Shown: in pieces, positions 10,227 to 20,308 of the stretch
Numbering within the stretch: the stretch's first letter is position 1
Layout of the letters: each line of letters opens with the position of its first letter
Assembly: GCA_045863235.1 (NCBI GenBank)
Contig: BTUM01000047.1
Coordinates: 1-62,278, forward strand
Reading direction: 5' to 3'
Source: Candidatus Xenobia bacterium
GTDB taxonomy: Bacteria; Vulcanimicrobiota; Xenobia; Xenobiales; QWHO01
Length of the DNA: 62,278 bases
The notes under the pieces: model-generated
Told to the model about the DNA's origin: nothing
Databases searched by the model: none
Seen by the model: the letters and a program-made list of their open reading frames with translations, nothing else
Position numbers and translations under genes: made by a program

Positions 10227-11636
10227 TCACAGCAGCTCCTTGAGCTCCACCACCTTGATGGGCCCGAGCTTGAGCGCCTCGAGCCCGGGCCGGATCACCT
10301 TCACGTCGCCCACGATCACCACCGCCATGCTGTCGGTCTGCATCTGTTTCGCGGCTGCGGCCTGCACTTCGGACGGGGTGACGGACAGAATCTTGTCCAC
10401 GTAGGTGGCGTAGTAGTCATCTGGAAGGCCGTAGAGAAGCTGCTCCTCGAGTTGGCCGGCCACCTCCTGATTGGTGGCAAACGAGGACGGGAAGCCATAA
10501 GCCACGTTGTTGCGGGCCTTGCTGAGCTCGCCCTCGGGCACGGTCTTTTTCATGCCATCGAGCTCGACGAAGAACTCGCGCACCGCCTCGGCCGTCTTGT
10601 CGGTCTGCACGGCCGCGGTGGCCACGAAGGGCCCGGGCAGGCGGCGCATGTCGAAGCCCGACCGGGCCCCGTAAGTGTAACCGTTCTTCTCGCGCAGGTT
10701 CTGATTCAGTCGCGAGGTGAAGGAGCCGCCCAAAATGGTGTTCAGCACCTCCAGGGCAAAGTAGTCGGGCGTGGCCCGGTCCACCCCCACCCGGCCGATA
10801 CGGATGACCGACTGGGCCGCTCCTGGCTTGTCCACCAGGTAGACAGCTCGGGGGCCGTGCTGCGCGGAGGCGACCACCGTCGGCTCCTCGGCCGGCGCTC
10901 CGGCCTTCCAGTTACCGAACTGGGCCTCGAGCAAGTCCACCACCTCGTCCACCTTCACGTCGCCCACCACGATGAAAGCCGCCTTCTCGGGGCGGTAGCG
11001 GGAAGCGTGAAAGGCGGCCAGTTGCTCGCGTGTGACCGCCTTGACGAAAGCCATGCGGCCCGTGAGACCGGTGCCGAAGCGGTGCTCGGAGCCGAACAGC
11101 ACGTGGGGAAAGGCCAGCCGAGCGATGGTGCCGGGATCGTCGCTCACCCGGGAGAACTCCACCAGAAGCTCGGTGCGCCGCCGCTCGAGCTCGGCCGCCG
11201 GGAAGGTCGGACGCAAGACCACATCGGACATCACCGGCAGGGCTTGAGCCAGCCGGGCCACCGGTACGTAGAGCCCGATACTGGTGGCGTCATAGCTGGT
11301 GCTGGCTCCCAGGCTGGCCCCCAGGTAGTCGAGCTCGTCGGCCAGGGCCAGGGCGTCGCGCGTTCCGGCCCCCTCGTCGAGCATGCCCGCGGTCATCGAA
11401 GCCAGCCCGTAAGCTCCGACCGGGTCCGAGGCGCTGCCACTGGTGAGCAGAAGATCGACCGCCACGACCGGCACCTGGTGGCGCTCCACCACCCACACCG
11501 GGATGCCGTTGGAGAGAGTCCGCTTGTGCACGGTCGGCAGGGTGAGCGAGGGTGGGCGCCCGCTCTCAGGGGGCCGGCGCTCCTGGCCCAGCACCGGGGC
11601 CACCACAAGCATGACCAGCAAAAGCAACGCGATCAC
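10227..11636 (-). CDS. M16 family peptidase, non-catalytic subunit
   Basis: TLSNGIPVWVVE, ILGGSFTSRLNQNLREKNGYTYG; no HxxEH. Confidence 0.9.
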   Translation of the reverse strand: MIALLLLVMLVVAPVLGQERRPPESGRPPSLTLPTVHKRTLSNGIPVWVVERHQVPVVAVDLLLTSGSASDPVGAYGLASMTAGMLDEGAGTRDALALADELDYLGASLGASTSYDATSIGLYVPVARLAQALPVMSDVVLRPTFPAAELERRRTELLVEFSRVSDDPGTIARLAFPHVLFGSEHRFGTGLTGRMAFVKAVTREQLAAFHASRYRPEKAAFIVVGDVKVDEVVDLLEAQFGNWKAGAPAEEPTVVASAQHGPRAVYLVDKPGAAQSVIRIGRVGVDRATPDYFALEVLNTILGGSFTSRLNQNLREKNGYTYGARSGFDMRRLPGPFVATAAVQTDKTAEAVREFFVELDGMKKTVPEGELSKARNNVAYGFPSSFATNQEVAGQLEEQLLYGLPDDYYATYVDKILSVTPSEVQAAAAKQMQTDSMAVVIVGDVKVIRPGLEALKLGPIKVVELKELL

Positions 11637-12961
11637 TTCTTCACCTCCGGCACCACGGTCAGCTCTACCCGGCGACCGGTGGGCAAGAAGCTGCGCACCA
11701 CCGCGGCCAGGTCGCTGGCCCGCACGGCCCGGTAGCGGTTGAGGTCCAGGGCGAAGTAGTCGGGGTTGCCGGTAGCCACGTAGTATCCGTTCAGCATGTC
11801 GGCCTTTCCCCCGAACCCGCTCAGCTGCTCCAGGCTGGCCAGGAAAGTGGCTTCCAGTCCGTTGCGAGCCCGATCGAGCTCGCGCTGCGACACCAGCTCT
11901 GTGCGCAGGCGCTCGAGCTCTTCGTCCACCACCCGTTTGAGCTCTTCGGTGGTGTGTCCCGGACGAGGGGTCAGCACGATGTGGAACGTGCTGGCCAGCC
12001 GCGAGGAGGCCTGGTAGGCCGAGACCTCCTGGGCCACCTGCAGGTCGTAGACCAGCCGCTTGTAGAGTCGCGAGTTCTTGCCGCCGGCCAGAATCTGAGC
12101 CACCAGGTCCAGCTCGGCATCGCCCGGAGCGTAGTGGGGAGGGGTGATCCAGGCGATGTCCAGGCGAGGCAGCTGCACCTTGTCCTGGATGGTCTTGCGC
12201 ACGACTCTCGTAAGCTCGGCCGGCGGCGGCGCCACCGGCAGCACGGGCTGGCCCGGCTTGATGGGGCCGAACCACTTCGTCACCAGCGCCCGGGCCTGGA
12301 GCGGGTCGATGTCGCCGGCGATGACCAGGCTGGCATTGTTGGGCACGTAGTAGCGCTTGAAAAAGTCAGCCACGTCCTTGTGGGTGGCCGCGTTCAGGTC
12401 GGCCATGTAGCCGATGGTGGGCCAGTGGTAGGGGTGGCCAGGAGGGAAGGTCAGCTCGTCCACGATGATCGAGGCCATGCCGTAGGGCACGTTGGCGTAG
12501 CTCTGGCGCAGCTCGTTCTTGACCACCTCGCGCTGGCCGTTGACCCGCTCCGCCGTCATGGTGTCGAGCAGCCAGCCCATCCGGTCAGACTCGAGAAAGA
12601 GGGCCAGCTCAAGGGCATTGGAGGGGACTGTGATCCAGTAGTTGGTGCGGTCCGAGGTGGTGGAGCCGTTGTTGTCGCCCCCCACGGCTTCGAGCAGGTT
12701 ATCGAAATCGCCCTCGGGCACGTTCTTGCTCCCTTCGAACATCAGGTGCTCGAACAGGTGGGCAAAGCCGGTGCGCTTGGGCTTCTCATTGGCCGAACCC
12801 ACGTGGTACCAGAGATTGACGCTGACGATGGGCAGGCTGTGGTCTTCGTGGAGGATCACGTGCAGCCCGTTGGGCAGGTCGAACTCGGTATAGGGCACCG
12901 ATTGGGCCCGGGCCGGAAGCAGCAGGAAGAGGAGGCACAGAAGGGCGGAGAGCGATCGCAT
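11633..12961 (-). CDS. M16 family zinc peptidase, catalytic subunit
   Basis: LPNGLHVILHED, TGFAHLFEHLMF (HxxEH); signal peptide. Confidence 0.92.
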   Translation of the reverse strand: MRSLSALLCLLFLLLPARAQSVPYTEFDLPNGLHVILHEDHSLPIVSVNLWYHVGSANEKPKRTGFAHLFEHLMFEGSKNVPEGDFDNLLEAVGGDNNGSTTSDRTNYWITVPSNALELALFLESDRMGWLLDTMTAERVNGQREVVKNELRQSYANVPYGMASIIVDELTFPPGHPYHWPTIGYMADLNAATHKDVADFFKRYYVPNNASLVIAGDIDPLQARALVTKWFGPIKPGQPVLPVAPPPAELTRVVRKTIQDKVQLPRLDIAWITPPHYAPGDAELDLVAQILAGGKNSRLYKRLVYDLQVAQEVSAYQASSRLASTFHIVLTPRPGHTTEELKRVVDEELERLRTELVSQRELDRARNGLEATFLASLEQLSGFGGKADMLNGYYVATGNPDYFALDLNRYRAVRASDLAAVVRSFLPTGRRVELTVVPEVKK

Positions 12962-13151
12962 GCACGGCAGGTTCTCAGCGCCGGGCCGGCTCCCTCTTTG
13001 GAGGGGCCCTCTGTCCGGGAACCTCCAGGCGGTACCCGCCCAGCAGAGCGAGCGGCACCAGGAGCCATCCCACCCGACAACAAAGTTCGCCCTGCAGGGC
13101 CTGAACAACCGGCGTGCAAAGGGACGTCGAAAGCCGGAGAGGACAGCATCC

Positions 13152-13595
13152 ATGTACAAGACGATCCTGGTCACCCTGGACGGCTCGGCCCTGGCCGAGC
13201 AGGCCCTGCCCCACGCCGAGCAGGTAGCCCACGGCGCGGGGGCCGAGCTGATCTTGCTCCAGGTGATCAGCCTGTCCAACATCGGCCAGGTGACTCTGGA
13301 CACCGAGGTCCCGATCGACTTTCCCTCGGTGGAGCAGCGGCTCAAGGCCGAGGCCAGCGAGTATCTCGAGAGCAAAGCCGCCCCGCTGGCCGCGAAGGGC
13401 ATCAAGACCCGCACCATGGTGGCTCGAGGCGGGGCCGCCACCGCCATCATGGACGTGCTCGAGCGCGAGAAGGTCGATCTGATCGTCCTCACCTCCCACG
13501 GCCGTAGCGGGCTGAGCAAGTGGGTCCACGGCAGCACGGCGGCCAAGATCCTGGACAAGTCCACCTGCCCGGTGCTCTTGATCCGCTCGAAGTGA
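13152..13595 (+). CDS. Universal stress protein
   Basis: [12 protein letters not shown]...[12 protein letters not shown]...GSTA..I.....CPVLLIR. Confidence 0.92.
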   Translation: MYKTILVTLDGSALAEQALPHAEQVAHGAGAELILLQVISLSNIGQVTLDTEVPIDFPSVEQRLKAEASEYLESKAAPLAAKGIKTRTMVARGGAATAIMDVLEREKVDLIVLTSHGRSGLSKWVHGSTAAKILDKSTCPVLLIRSK

Positions 13596-14476
13596 TCTAC
13601 CGCTACGCCTGGGCCTCCATCGCAGCCGCTCTGGCAACCGTGGGGATGAAGCTGGGCGCCTACTGGGTGACCGGTTCGGTGGGCCTGCTTTCGGATGCGC
13701 TCGAGTCGGTGGTCAACCTGGTGGCCGCCACGCTGGCTCTGGGCATGCTGTGGTGGGCAGAGCAGCCAGCCGACGAGGGCCATCCCTTCGGGCACGCCAA
13801 GGCGGAGTATTTCTCCAGCGGGGTCGAGGGGGCCCTGATCGTGTTGGCGGCCGTCGGCATCGGGAGCGCGGCCCTCCCGCGACTGTTTGCCCCCCAGCCG
13901 CTCGAGTCGCTGGGGCTGGGCCTGGCCCTGGCCGGTGGCGCCTCACTCGTCAACCTGGGAGTGGCCCTGTTCCTGCTCAAGGCCGGCAGAAAGCACAACT
14001 CCATCGCCCTGGAGGCCGACGCCCACCACCTGCTGACCGACGTGTGGACCTCGGTAGGGGTGGTGGGCGGTATCCTCCTGGTGTGGCTGACAGGCTGGCT
14101 CTGGCTGGACCCGGCCCTGGCCCTGGCGGTGGCCTTCCATATCGTCTGGACCGGGGTGCAGCTGGTCAAGCGCTCGACCCAGGGCTTGATGGACGCCGCC
14201 ATCCCCAAAGCCGAGCAGGAGGCCATCGAGCAAGTGCTGGAGGGCTACCGCCAGCAGGGGCTCGACTTCCACGCCCTGCGCACCCGCCGCGCCGGCTCGC
14301 GCTCCTTCGTCTCCCTGCACGTGCTGGTGCCCGGATCGTGGACGGTGCAGCGCGGCCACGAGTTGCTCGAGCAAGTCGAGCGTGACCTGCGGGCGGTCTC
14401 GCCGACCAAAGTCAGCGTGCTGACCCACCTCGAGCCTCTGGAGGACCCGGCCTCGTTTCGCGACGAGCAGCTCTAG
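13592..14476 (+). CDS. Cation diffusion facilitator family transporter
   Basis: [44 protein letters not shown]. Confidence 0.92.
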   Translation: MIYRYAWASIAAALATVGMKLGAYWVTGSVGLLSDALESVVNLVAATLALGMLWWAEQPADEGHPFGHAKAEYFSSGVEGALIVLAAVGIGSAALPRLFAPQPLESLGLGLALAGGASLVNLGVALFLLKAGRKHNSIALEADAHHLLTDVWTSVGVVGGILLVWLTGWLWLDPALALAVAFHIVWTGVQLVKRSTQGLMDAAIPKAEQEAIEQVLEGYRQQGLDFHALRTRRAGSRSFVSLHVLVPGSWTVQRGHELLEQVERDLRAVSPTKVSVLTHLEPLEDPASFRDEQL

Positions 14477-14496
14477 AGAGGCGCGGCCGCGTGTTG

Positions 14497-15477
14497 TCAG
14501 GACTCGAGTTGGAGGTCGAGCTGGAGCACCTCCACCCACTGCTCAGGCGGAAAAGAGAGGCTGTCTCGCCCTGCCTGCCAGGCGCGCACCGCCTCGCGGA
14601 AGGCGGGCGATCCCGGCTCGTTCCAGAGCTCCAGAACCCGCTGCAGGGCGGCCCGGGCCGCCTGCGGGTCGCCCACACCCGAAGGGGCGGCCTGACGGGC
14701 GTAATCGTGCACCCGGCGAGCCAGAGCCCCGTCTCTTGGCTGGGACTGGCGGGGAGATGCGGGGCGTTCCTCGTTCACGGCCAGCCCCTGGGACTTGATG
14801 TAGGCTAGAGCGTCCCGGTAGCGGTCGGCGGGATGGGGGTGGGTGGGAAAGATGTCCAGACCCGGGCTCCGGGCGGCGATCTGCTGGAACAGCTCCAGGG
14901 TGGTCAGCGCACCCCGCGGGTCGTAACCGGCACGGGCCATCAACTCCATCCCCCGCCGGTCCGCTTCGGCCTCCATGCCCCGCGAATAGCCCGACACCAG
15001 TACGTTGTTGGTGACATTGGCCAGCAATTGAAGCCACTCCTGGCTGCCCTGGGTCAGCAAGCCCAACAGCAGGCTCGTCATGCCGGCGTTGCGGGCCAGG
15101 CGCCCGAGGTGATCGCGCTCGAGGTGGGCGATCTCATGGGCGGCCACGAAAGCCACCGCGTCCTCGTCTCCGGAAGGCAACCTGTTGAGCAGTCCGGTCA
15201 AAAACACCACCTGCCCGTCCGGCAGAGCGTAGGCGTTGACCGTGTCATCCTCCTGCACCACCGAGACCCGATACTGGATGTCCCTGCGCTCGGTAACCTC
15301 GACAATGCGGTAGAAGATGGTGGACACGAAAGAATGGGGATCGAGTGCAGTGGGCTCGCCATACTCGCGGCGAATCTGGTCGCGGATCTCGTCCGAGCTC
15401 TCCTCGCGTTGCTCCGGGCTGAGTTGCGCCTGGCCAACCGTGGTGAGCATCAGCAGGCAAAGGATCAAACGTCTCAT
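14497..15477 (-). CDS. M48 family metalloprotease
   Basis: VNAYALPDG, HEIAH, YSRGMEAEAD, AGYDP, THP. Confidence 0.9.
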   Translation of the reverse strand: MRRLILCLLMLTTVGQAQLSPEQREESSDEIRDQIRREYGEPTALDPHSFVSTIFYRIVEVTERRDIQYRVSVVQEDDTVNAYALPDGQVVFLTGLLNRLPSGDEDAVAFVAAHEIAHLERDHLGRLARNAGMTSLLLGLLTQGSQEWLQLLANVTNNVLVSGYSRGMEAEADRRGMELMARAGYDPRGALTTLELFQQIAARSPGLDIFPTHPHPADRYRDALAYIKSQGLAVNEERPASPRQSQPRDGALARRVHDYARQAAPSGVGDPQAARAALQRVLELWNEPGSPAFREAVRAWQAGRDSLSFPPEQWVEVLQLDLQLES

Positions 15478-15496
15478 GAAGATGACTTCTCCGGCC

Positions 15497-16816
15497 TCAG
15501 TGCAACACCCGCTTTCTGATCCGGTCAGCGTACTCGGCCACCCGGTCGAGCAGGCCCTCGAGTTGGATGCTCAGCACCTGGCGCTCCTCCATCACCACCC
15601 GTCCGTCGATCACCACCGTGCGTACGTCGCTAGCCCGCGTGGTATAGGCCAGGGTGGAGGCGACGTCATAGACCGGCAGTTGGTGGGCCCCGTCCAGGGA
15701 GACGATGATCAGGTCAGCCTTCTTGCCCACCTCCAGGGTGCCCACCTCGTGTCCCAGAGAGACGGCCCGGGCTCCCAGGCTGGTGGCCATCTGTAGAGCC
15801 TGGCCGGCGGGCAGGGCGGTGGGGTCGAGCGCGGTCACCTTCTGCAAGAAGATGGCCGTCTGCAGCTCCTGCCAGGGATCGAGGTCGTTGTTGGAGGCCG
15901 GCCCATCGGTGCCCAGGCCCACGGCCACCCCTGCTCTGAGCAGGGCCAGCACGGGAGCCACACCCGAGGCCAGCTTCATGTTGGAATGGGGACAGTGGGC
16001 CACACCCACCCTGGCCCGGGCCAGCCGGGCGATGTCGGCCTCATCGGCCCAGACCACGTGGGCAGCCAGCGTTCGTGGGCCAAAAAAGCCGATGCTTTCG
16101 AGGTAAGCGGTGGGCGAGAGCCCCTGGTGGTCGCGGGCCATCTGCTCGGTCTCGGTGCGGGTCTCGGCCAGGTGGGTCATGAGGGGCAGTTCGAGCTCGT
16201 CGGCCAGTTGGCGGCTTTGGCGCAAATGGGCCTCACAGACCGTGTAAGGGGCATGGGGGGCCACCGCCGGGGTGATCAGAGGATGGCCCTTCCAGTCGCG
16301 GGCGAAGGCGCGGACGTTGGCCACGCCCTCTTCGAAGCTCCTGGCGTCAGGCACGGGAAAGTCCACCAGAGCCTGGCCCAGCACGCCGCGCAGGCCGGCG
16401 GCGGCAAACTCCTCGGCCACGGTGCTCTCGAAGTAGTACATGTCGGCCACCGTGGTGATGCCAGCCTGGATCATCTCCAGGCAGGCGAGCCGGCTGCCCC
16501 AGCGCACGAACTCCTGGTTGACCTCGGCGGCCTCAGCCGGAAAGATGTAGTTCTGCAGCCAGTCCATCAGAGCGCGATCGTTGGCCAGTCCCCGAAAGAG
16601 CGTCATAGGGGCGTGGCAGTGGGCGTTCACCAGTCCGGGCAGCACCGCTCGGCCGGTGGCGTCGATCACGTTATGGGCCTGGTACTGCTCTGCCTCCGGC
16701 CCCACTGCCGCGATGCGCTGGCCAACCACCGCCACCGAGACGCCCTCGAGCACCTGACCGGGCTCGACCATGGGCATGACGCGCCCGTTTCGAATGAGGA
16801 GATCGCAAGACTTCAT
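15497..16816 (-). CDS. Amidohydrolase (MTA/SAH deaminase-like)
   Basis: PGLVNAHCH, HLAET, HCPHSNMKLASG, LGTDGPASNN. Confidence 0.88.
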   Translation of the reverse strand: MKSCDLLIRNGRVMPMVEPGQVLEGVSVAVVGQRIAAVGPEAEQYQAHNVIDATGRAVLPGLVNAHCHAPMTLFRGLANDRALMDWLQNYIFPAEAAEVNQEFVRWGSRLACLEMIQAGITTVADMYYFESTVAEEFAAAGLRGVLGQALVDFPVPDARSFEEGVANVRAFARDWKGHPLITPAVAPHAPYTVCEAHLRQSRQLADELELPLMTHLAETRTETEQMARDHQGLSPTAYLESIGFFGPRTLAAHVVWADEADIARLARARVGVAHCPHSNMKLASGVAPVLALLRAGVAVGLGTDGPASNNDLDPWQELQTAIFLQKVTALDPTALPAGQALQMATSLGARAVSLGHEVGTLEVGKKADLIIVSLDGAHQLPVYDVASTLAYTTRASDVRTVVIDGRVVMEERQVLSIQLEGLLDRVAEYADRIRKRVLH

Positions 16817-17343
16817 GGGGAAACCTCACCCTCCGCCAGAATTGCTTCTGCCCCGCGCCAGGCCCGCACAGCCGCGGGCAGCTCGGGAGTCTCGCTCACG
16901 CCAATGGCCCCGGCCAGCTCTTGCACCGGCACCAGCCCCTCCCGAGCCACGAATCCGGCCTTCACCAGCGCCAGGGCCGCAGTTCGACCGCGCGACTCGA
17001 GACGATGCTCGATGTACACCCAGCGCTCGTCCCAGCCCAACACGCGCGTGTGCAAGGTGAATGGATCCCACAACTTCAAGGCACGCCGAAAGCGCACCTG
17101 AGCCGACACGATCACCGGAGCCCATCGCCGTTGCAGCGCGATGCGCCAGAGCCCGGAGCGCACCATCAGGTCGAGCCGGCCCAGGTCCATGAAGGTCAGA
17201 TACCGGCCGTTGTTGACGTGGCCCATCAGGTCCAGGTCGGGCGGCCAGACCCGCAAAGCAAGGGTGGAGTCCTCCAGGGGCCGAATGCGGGGCCGAAACA
17301 GGCTCAAGCCCAATACCCAGAGCATGCGCAGCCAGAGATTCAC
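16813..17343 (-). CDS. Thioesterase family (hot-dog fold) protein
   Basis: RVWPPDLDLMGHVNNGRYLTFMDLGR. Confidence 0.88.
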   Translation of the reverse strand: MNLWLRMLWVLGLSLFRPRIRPLEDSTLALRVWPPDLDLMGHVNNGRYLTFMDLGRLDLMVRSGLWRIALQRRWAPVIVSAQVRFRRALKLWDPFTLHTRVLGWDERWVYIEHRLESRGRTAALALVKAGFVAREGLVPVQELAGAIGVSETPELPAAVRAWRGAEAILAEGEVSP

Positions 17344-17843
17344 GCCTGGCGCAGCCACTCGAGGTAGTGGTGGAAGACTGCCAGTCCATCGGGCACCACG
17401 CTCACCTGCCGGGCCCACTCCTCCAGGCGGTCGTGCTCGAGCCAGTCACCCCAGCAGATCTCGCTCTCTTGATGGCGGATCGGACCTTCCCAGCGCACCC
17501 GGTAGACGTGGATGAAGCTGCGGTTCAGGGGCCCCTCGTAAAGGTGCTCGAAGAGCCATTCGGGCTCGGGCCCCACGACCCCCAGCTCTTCCGCCACCTC
17601 GCGCCGGGCCGCCTCGAGGTAGCTCTCGCCGCTCTCCACCACGCCGCCCACGAACATGTCGAACAGGTTGGGGAAGACATCTTTGGTGGCCGTGCGCTGG
17701 TGCACGTAGACGGCCCCCCGGGCGTTCTGTACGAGGATGCCCACTCCCCGGTGGAGCAGGTTCTGCGAGCGCACGGTGCGCCGGTCAGCCTGGCCCACCA
17801 CCCGGTTGTGCTCATCCACCAGGTCGACCAGTTCGAGAGTCAT
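17340..17843 (-). CDS. NUDIX hydrolase (YfcD/IDI-like)
   Basis: Nudix box GGVVESGESYLEAARREVAEELG. Confidence 0.9.
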   Translation of the reverse strand: MTLELVDLVDEHNRVVGQADRRTVRSQNLLHRGVGILVQNARGAVYVHQRTATKDVFPNLFDMFVGGVVESGESYLEAARREVAEELGVVGPEPEWLFEHLYEGPLNRSFIHVYRVRWEGPIRHQESEICWGDWLEHDRLEEWARQVSVVPDGLAVFHHYLEWLRQA

Positions 17844-17901
17844 CGGGGCGCAGTTCTTATTGGCGAAGGTGAATCCTCCCGAGGGTGGAAGCAGGCGCCT
17901 G

Positions 17902-18555
17902 ATGAACGAGCGAGACACCTCCTACCGGCGCCTGCTGGAGGGGAACAAGAAGTGGGTCCGACGCGTCATTGATGCCGACCCCGAGTTTTTCAGCCGTCTG
18001 GCCCACGGCCAGCAGCCTTTCCTGCTCTGGATCGGCTGCGCCGACAGCCGGGTTCCCGCCAATGAGATCGTGGATGCCGTGCCGGGCGAGGTGTTCGTCC
18101 ACCGCAACATCGCCAACCTGTTCGTGCACACCGACATGAATGCCCTGAGCGTGCTGGAGTATGCGGTCAATCACCTGCACGTCGACCACGTCATCGTGTG
18201 CGGCCACTACGGTTGCGGCGGCGTGCGGGCGGCCATGTCGGCCAAGCATCACGGCATGATCGACAACTGGCTACGCCACATCAAGGACGTCTATCGGTTG
18301 CACCAGGCCGAGCTCGAGGCCATCGCCGACGAAGGGCTGCGGGAACGTCGCCTGGTCGAGCTGAATGTGATCGAGCAGGTCTACAACGTCTGTAAGACCT
18401 CCATCGTGCAAGAGTCCTGGCAGAAGACCCAGTTGCCCCAGGTCCATGGCTGGGTCTACGACGTGGCCAACGGGCTGGTGCGCGACCTGGAGGTCAACTT
18501 TTCGGGCCTGGACGAGATGGCCGAGATTTACGAATTCGAGCCCCGGGGGGCCTGA
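17902..18555 (+). CDS. can: Beta-class carbonic anhydrase
   Basis: WIGCADSRVP, GEVFVHRNIAN, CGHYGCGG. Confidence 0.93.
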   Translation: MNERDTSYRRLLEGNKKWVRRVIDADPEFFSRLAHGQQPFLLWIGCADSRVPANEIVDAVPGEVFVHRNIANLFVHTDMNALSVLEYAVNHLHVDHVIVCGHYGCGGVRAAMSAKHHGMIDNWLRHIKDVYRLHQAELEAIADEGLRERRLVELNVIEQVYNVCKTSIVQESWQKTQLPQVHGWVYDVANGLVRDLEVNFSGLDEMAEIYEFEPRGA

Positions 18556-18560
18556 ACCGG

Positions 18561-19271
18561 ATGGAGTGGGCTCACAAGGACCGCCGCTCCTCCCCTCGAG
18601 TCGGCTGCGACCTGAACCACAGCGTGACGGCTCGTTTCGCCGTGGCCGGACAGAGCGAGATTCCGGTGGCTCTCTATCTGCTCGACCTCTCTGAGGGGGG
18701 CATGCGCATCAATCTCGATCGCGAGCTTCCCGCCGGTGAGGACTTCGAGCTGATTGTTTCCCTGGCCAGCCTGGGCCAGGAAGGCGAGCTCCGCACCCGC
18801 TGCCAGGTGGCCTGGCAGAAGGGACTGCTGGGCGAGGCCTGGGTAGCCGGCCTGCATTTTCTGGAGATGGCCCCGACCGACCAGGCACGCCTGCGCGAGA
18901 CCATCGAGGGGTTCGAGGGGCCCAACCGGCGCCTGCGCTTCCGGCTGCGCTCGGTGGTACCGGTCTCGGTCCGCTTCGAGGACGACTGGTTCTACATGAC
19001 GGCCACCGAGCTGAGCCCCGAAGGCCTGCGCATTCGCACCACCCCGGTACCCTGGTTGAGCCCCGGCTGCCAGCTCATCCTGTGGCTGCATCTCGGCTCG
19101 GAGTGGCCGCTCGAGCCGCTGGACGCGGAAGTCCTCTGGCGCGAGGACGTGTGGCGCGACCGTATCGAGGTCGGCTTCCGCTTCCTGGACCTCGACGAGG
19201 ACGATGCCCGCCTCATCCAGACTTACATCGATCGCAGCCTGCAGGAGGAAGAGGGCGAGGAGGAGGCTTAG
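18561..19271 (+). CDS. Tandem PilZ-domain protein
   Basis: RRSSPR...DLSEGG and RRLRFR...ELSPEG motifs. Confidence 0.85.
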   Translation: MEWAHKDRRSSPRVGCDLNHSVTARFAVAGQSEIPVALYLLDLSEGGMRINLDRELPAGEDFELIVSLASLGQEGELRTRCQVAWQKGLLGEAWVAGLHFLEMAPTDQARLRETIEGFEGPNRRLRFRLRSVVPVSVRFEDDWFYMTATELSPEGLRIRTTPVPWLSPGCQLILWLHLGSEWPLEPLDAEVLWREDVWRDRIEVGFRFLDLDEDDARLIQTYIDRSLQEEEGEEEA

Positions 19272-19303
19272 CCGATCAACAGCCGGAAAACCGTGTCAGA
19301 GTC

Positions 19304-20122
19304 TCAGGAGTTGCGCTTGAGGTGGTAGTTGAAGTGGTTGCCCGGATTGAGGCGGCCTTTCACCCAGTAACCGTCAGGAGTCAGTGCGATGGTGGCCTTG
19401 ATGTCGCCCGGGGCCCCTCCCCCTGTGAGCGAAACCCCCTCCGAACTCAGCTCGACGGTGAAGTCACAATTCTTCTCGCGCACGAACCCGGTGGCTTTGA
19501 TCTTGTTGGGCTCGCTCTTGACGCTCAGATTGCCGCTCGACTCCATGAAGAACCCGCTGAACTCGGCGCCCTCGGGGGAAGCGACGATCTCGAGCTCGGT
19601 GCGCTCGCCTTGCTTGCCACCCTGAAAACGGAAGCGCCCTGCCTCGAAAGTGCCGTTCAGCCGGGAGGTGAAGCGCCCCGACTCTCCTTCGAAGGACATC
19701 CCGTTGTCGGTCAGCTGGATGCGGGAGTTGGTGCGGAATCGGCCCGTGTCGCCCTGGACTGGAATGGGGTTCTGGTTGAAGTCGATGGTGTAGTTGACCT
19801 GCTGCAGTCCGATGTTCCCCTGCACGTGGGCCACGCCCGCCTCGCGCCGAAAGCGCAGGTTGACGTTGAACTTGCCGGTCTTGCCCTGCAGATGGAAGCC
19901 AGGGCCGTCCTGGTGAAGGGGGATGCAGCCGATTCCCTCCCAGCTGATCAAGAAGGGCTTCCCATCGATCATGAGAGGGAAGATGAGCTGATTGGCGCGC
20001 TCGGCCATCCAGGGGCAGATGTACCAATCGACCAGGCCCATCGGCGTGAGCCAGTTCGGGTCCAGAGACAGTTGGGCTGGGGGCGGCAGCGTCTGGATCT
20101 CCTGGGCCTGAAATTCGCTCAT
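19304..20122 (-). CDS. Hypothetical protein with repetitive Gly/aromatic beta-strands
   Basis: Long ORF with good codon bias; start uncertain (20122 or 20134). Confidence 0.65.
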   Translation of the reverse strand: MSEFQAQEIQTLPPPAQLSLDPNWLTPMGLVDWYICPWMAERANQLIFPLMIDGKPFLISWEGIGCIPLHQDGPGFHLQGKTGKFNVNLRFRREAGVAHVQGNIGLQQVNYTIDFNQNPIPVQGDTGRFRTNSRIQLTDNGMSFEGESGRFTSRLNGTFEAGRFRFQGGKQGERTELEIVASPEGAEFSGFFMESSGNLSVKSEPNKIKATGFVREKNCDFTVELSSEGVSLTGGGAPGDIKATIALTPDGYWVKGRLNPGNHFNYHLKRNS

Positions 20123-20308
20123 AGCTCGCTCCATGTCGGCAAGATATCTTGACCTTCGCCCAGCGAACCGGGAACCCCTACACCAGAGGATACTCTTCGT
20201 GCGAACGCCCGCTCTCAAGCCGGAGAGTGATGCCCTACACAATGTCTTGTGGTGGCGGAGCTCTGCTTCGACACCACAAGAGGTTTTGCATCAGCCTGAA
20301 CGTGTCGT

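Noticed and set aside
12962..13795. 278-aa N-terminal extension of the M16 peptidase
   Set aside because: It overlaps the USP and CDF genes on the opposite strand, and the signal peptide starts at 12961.
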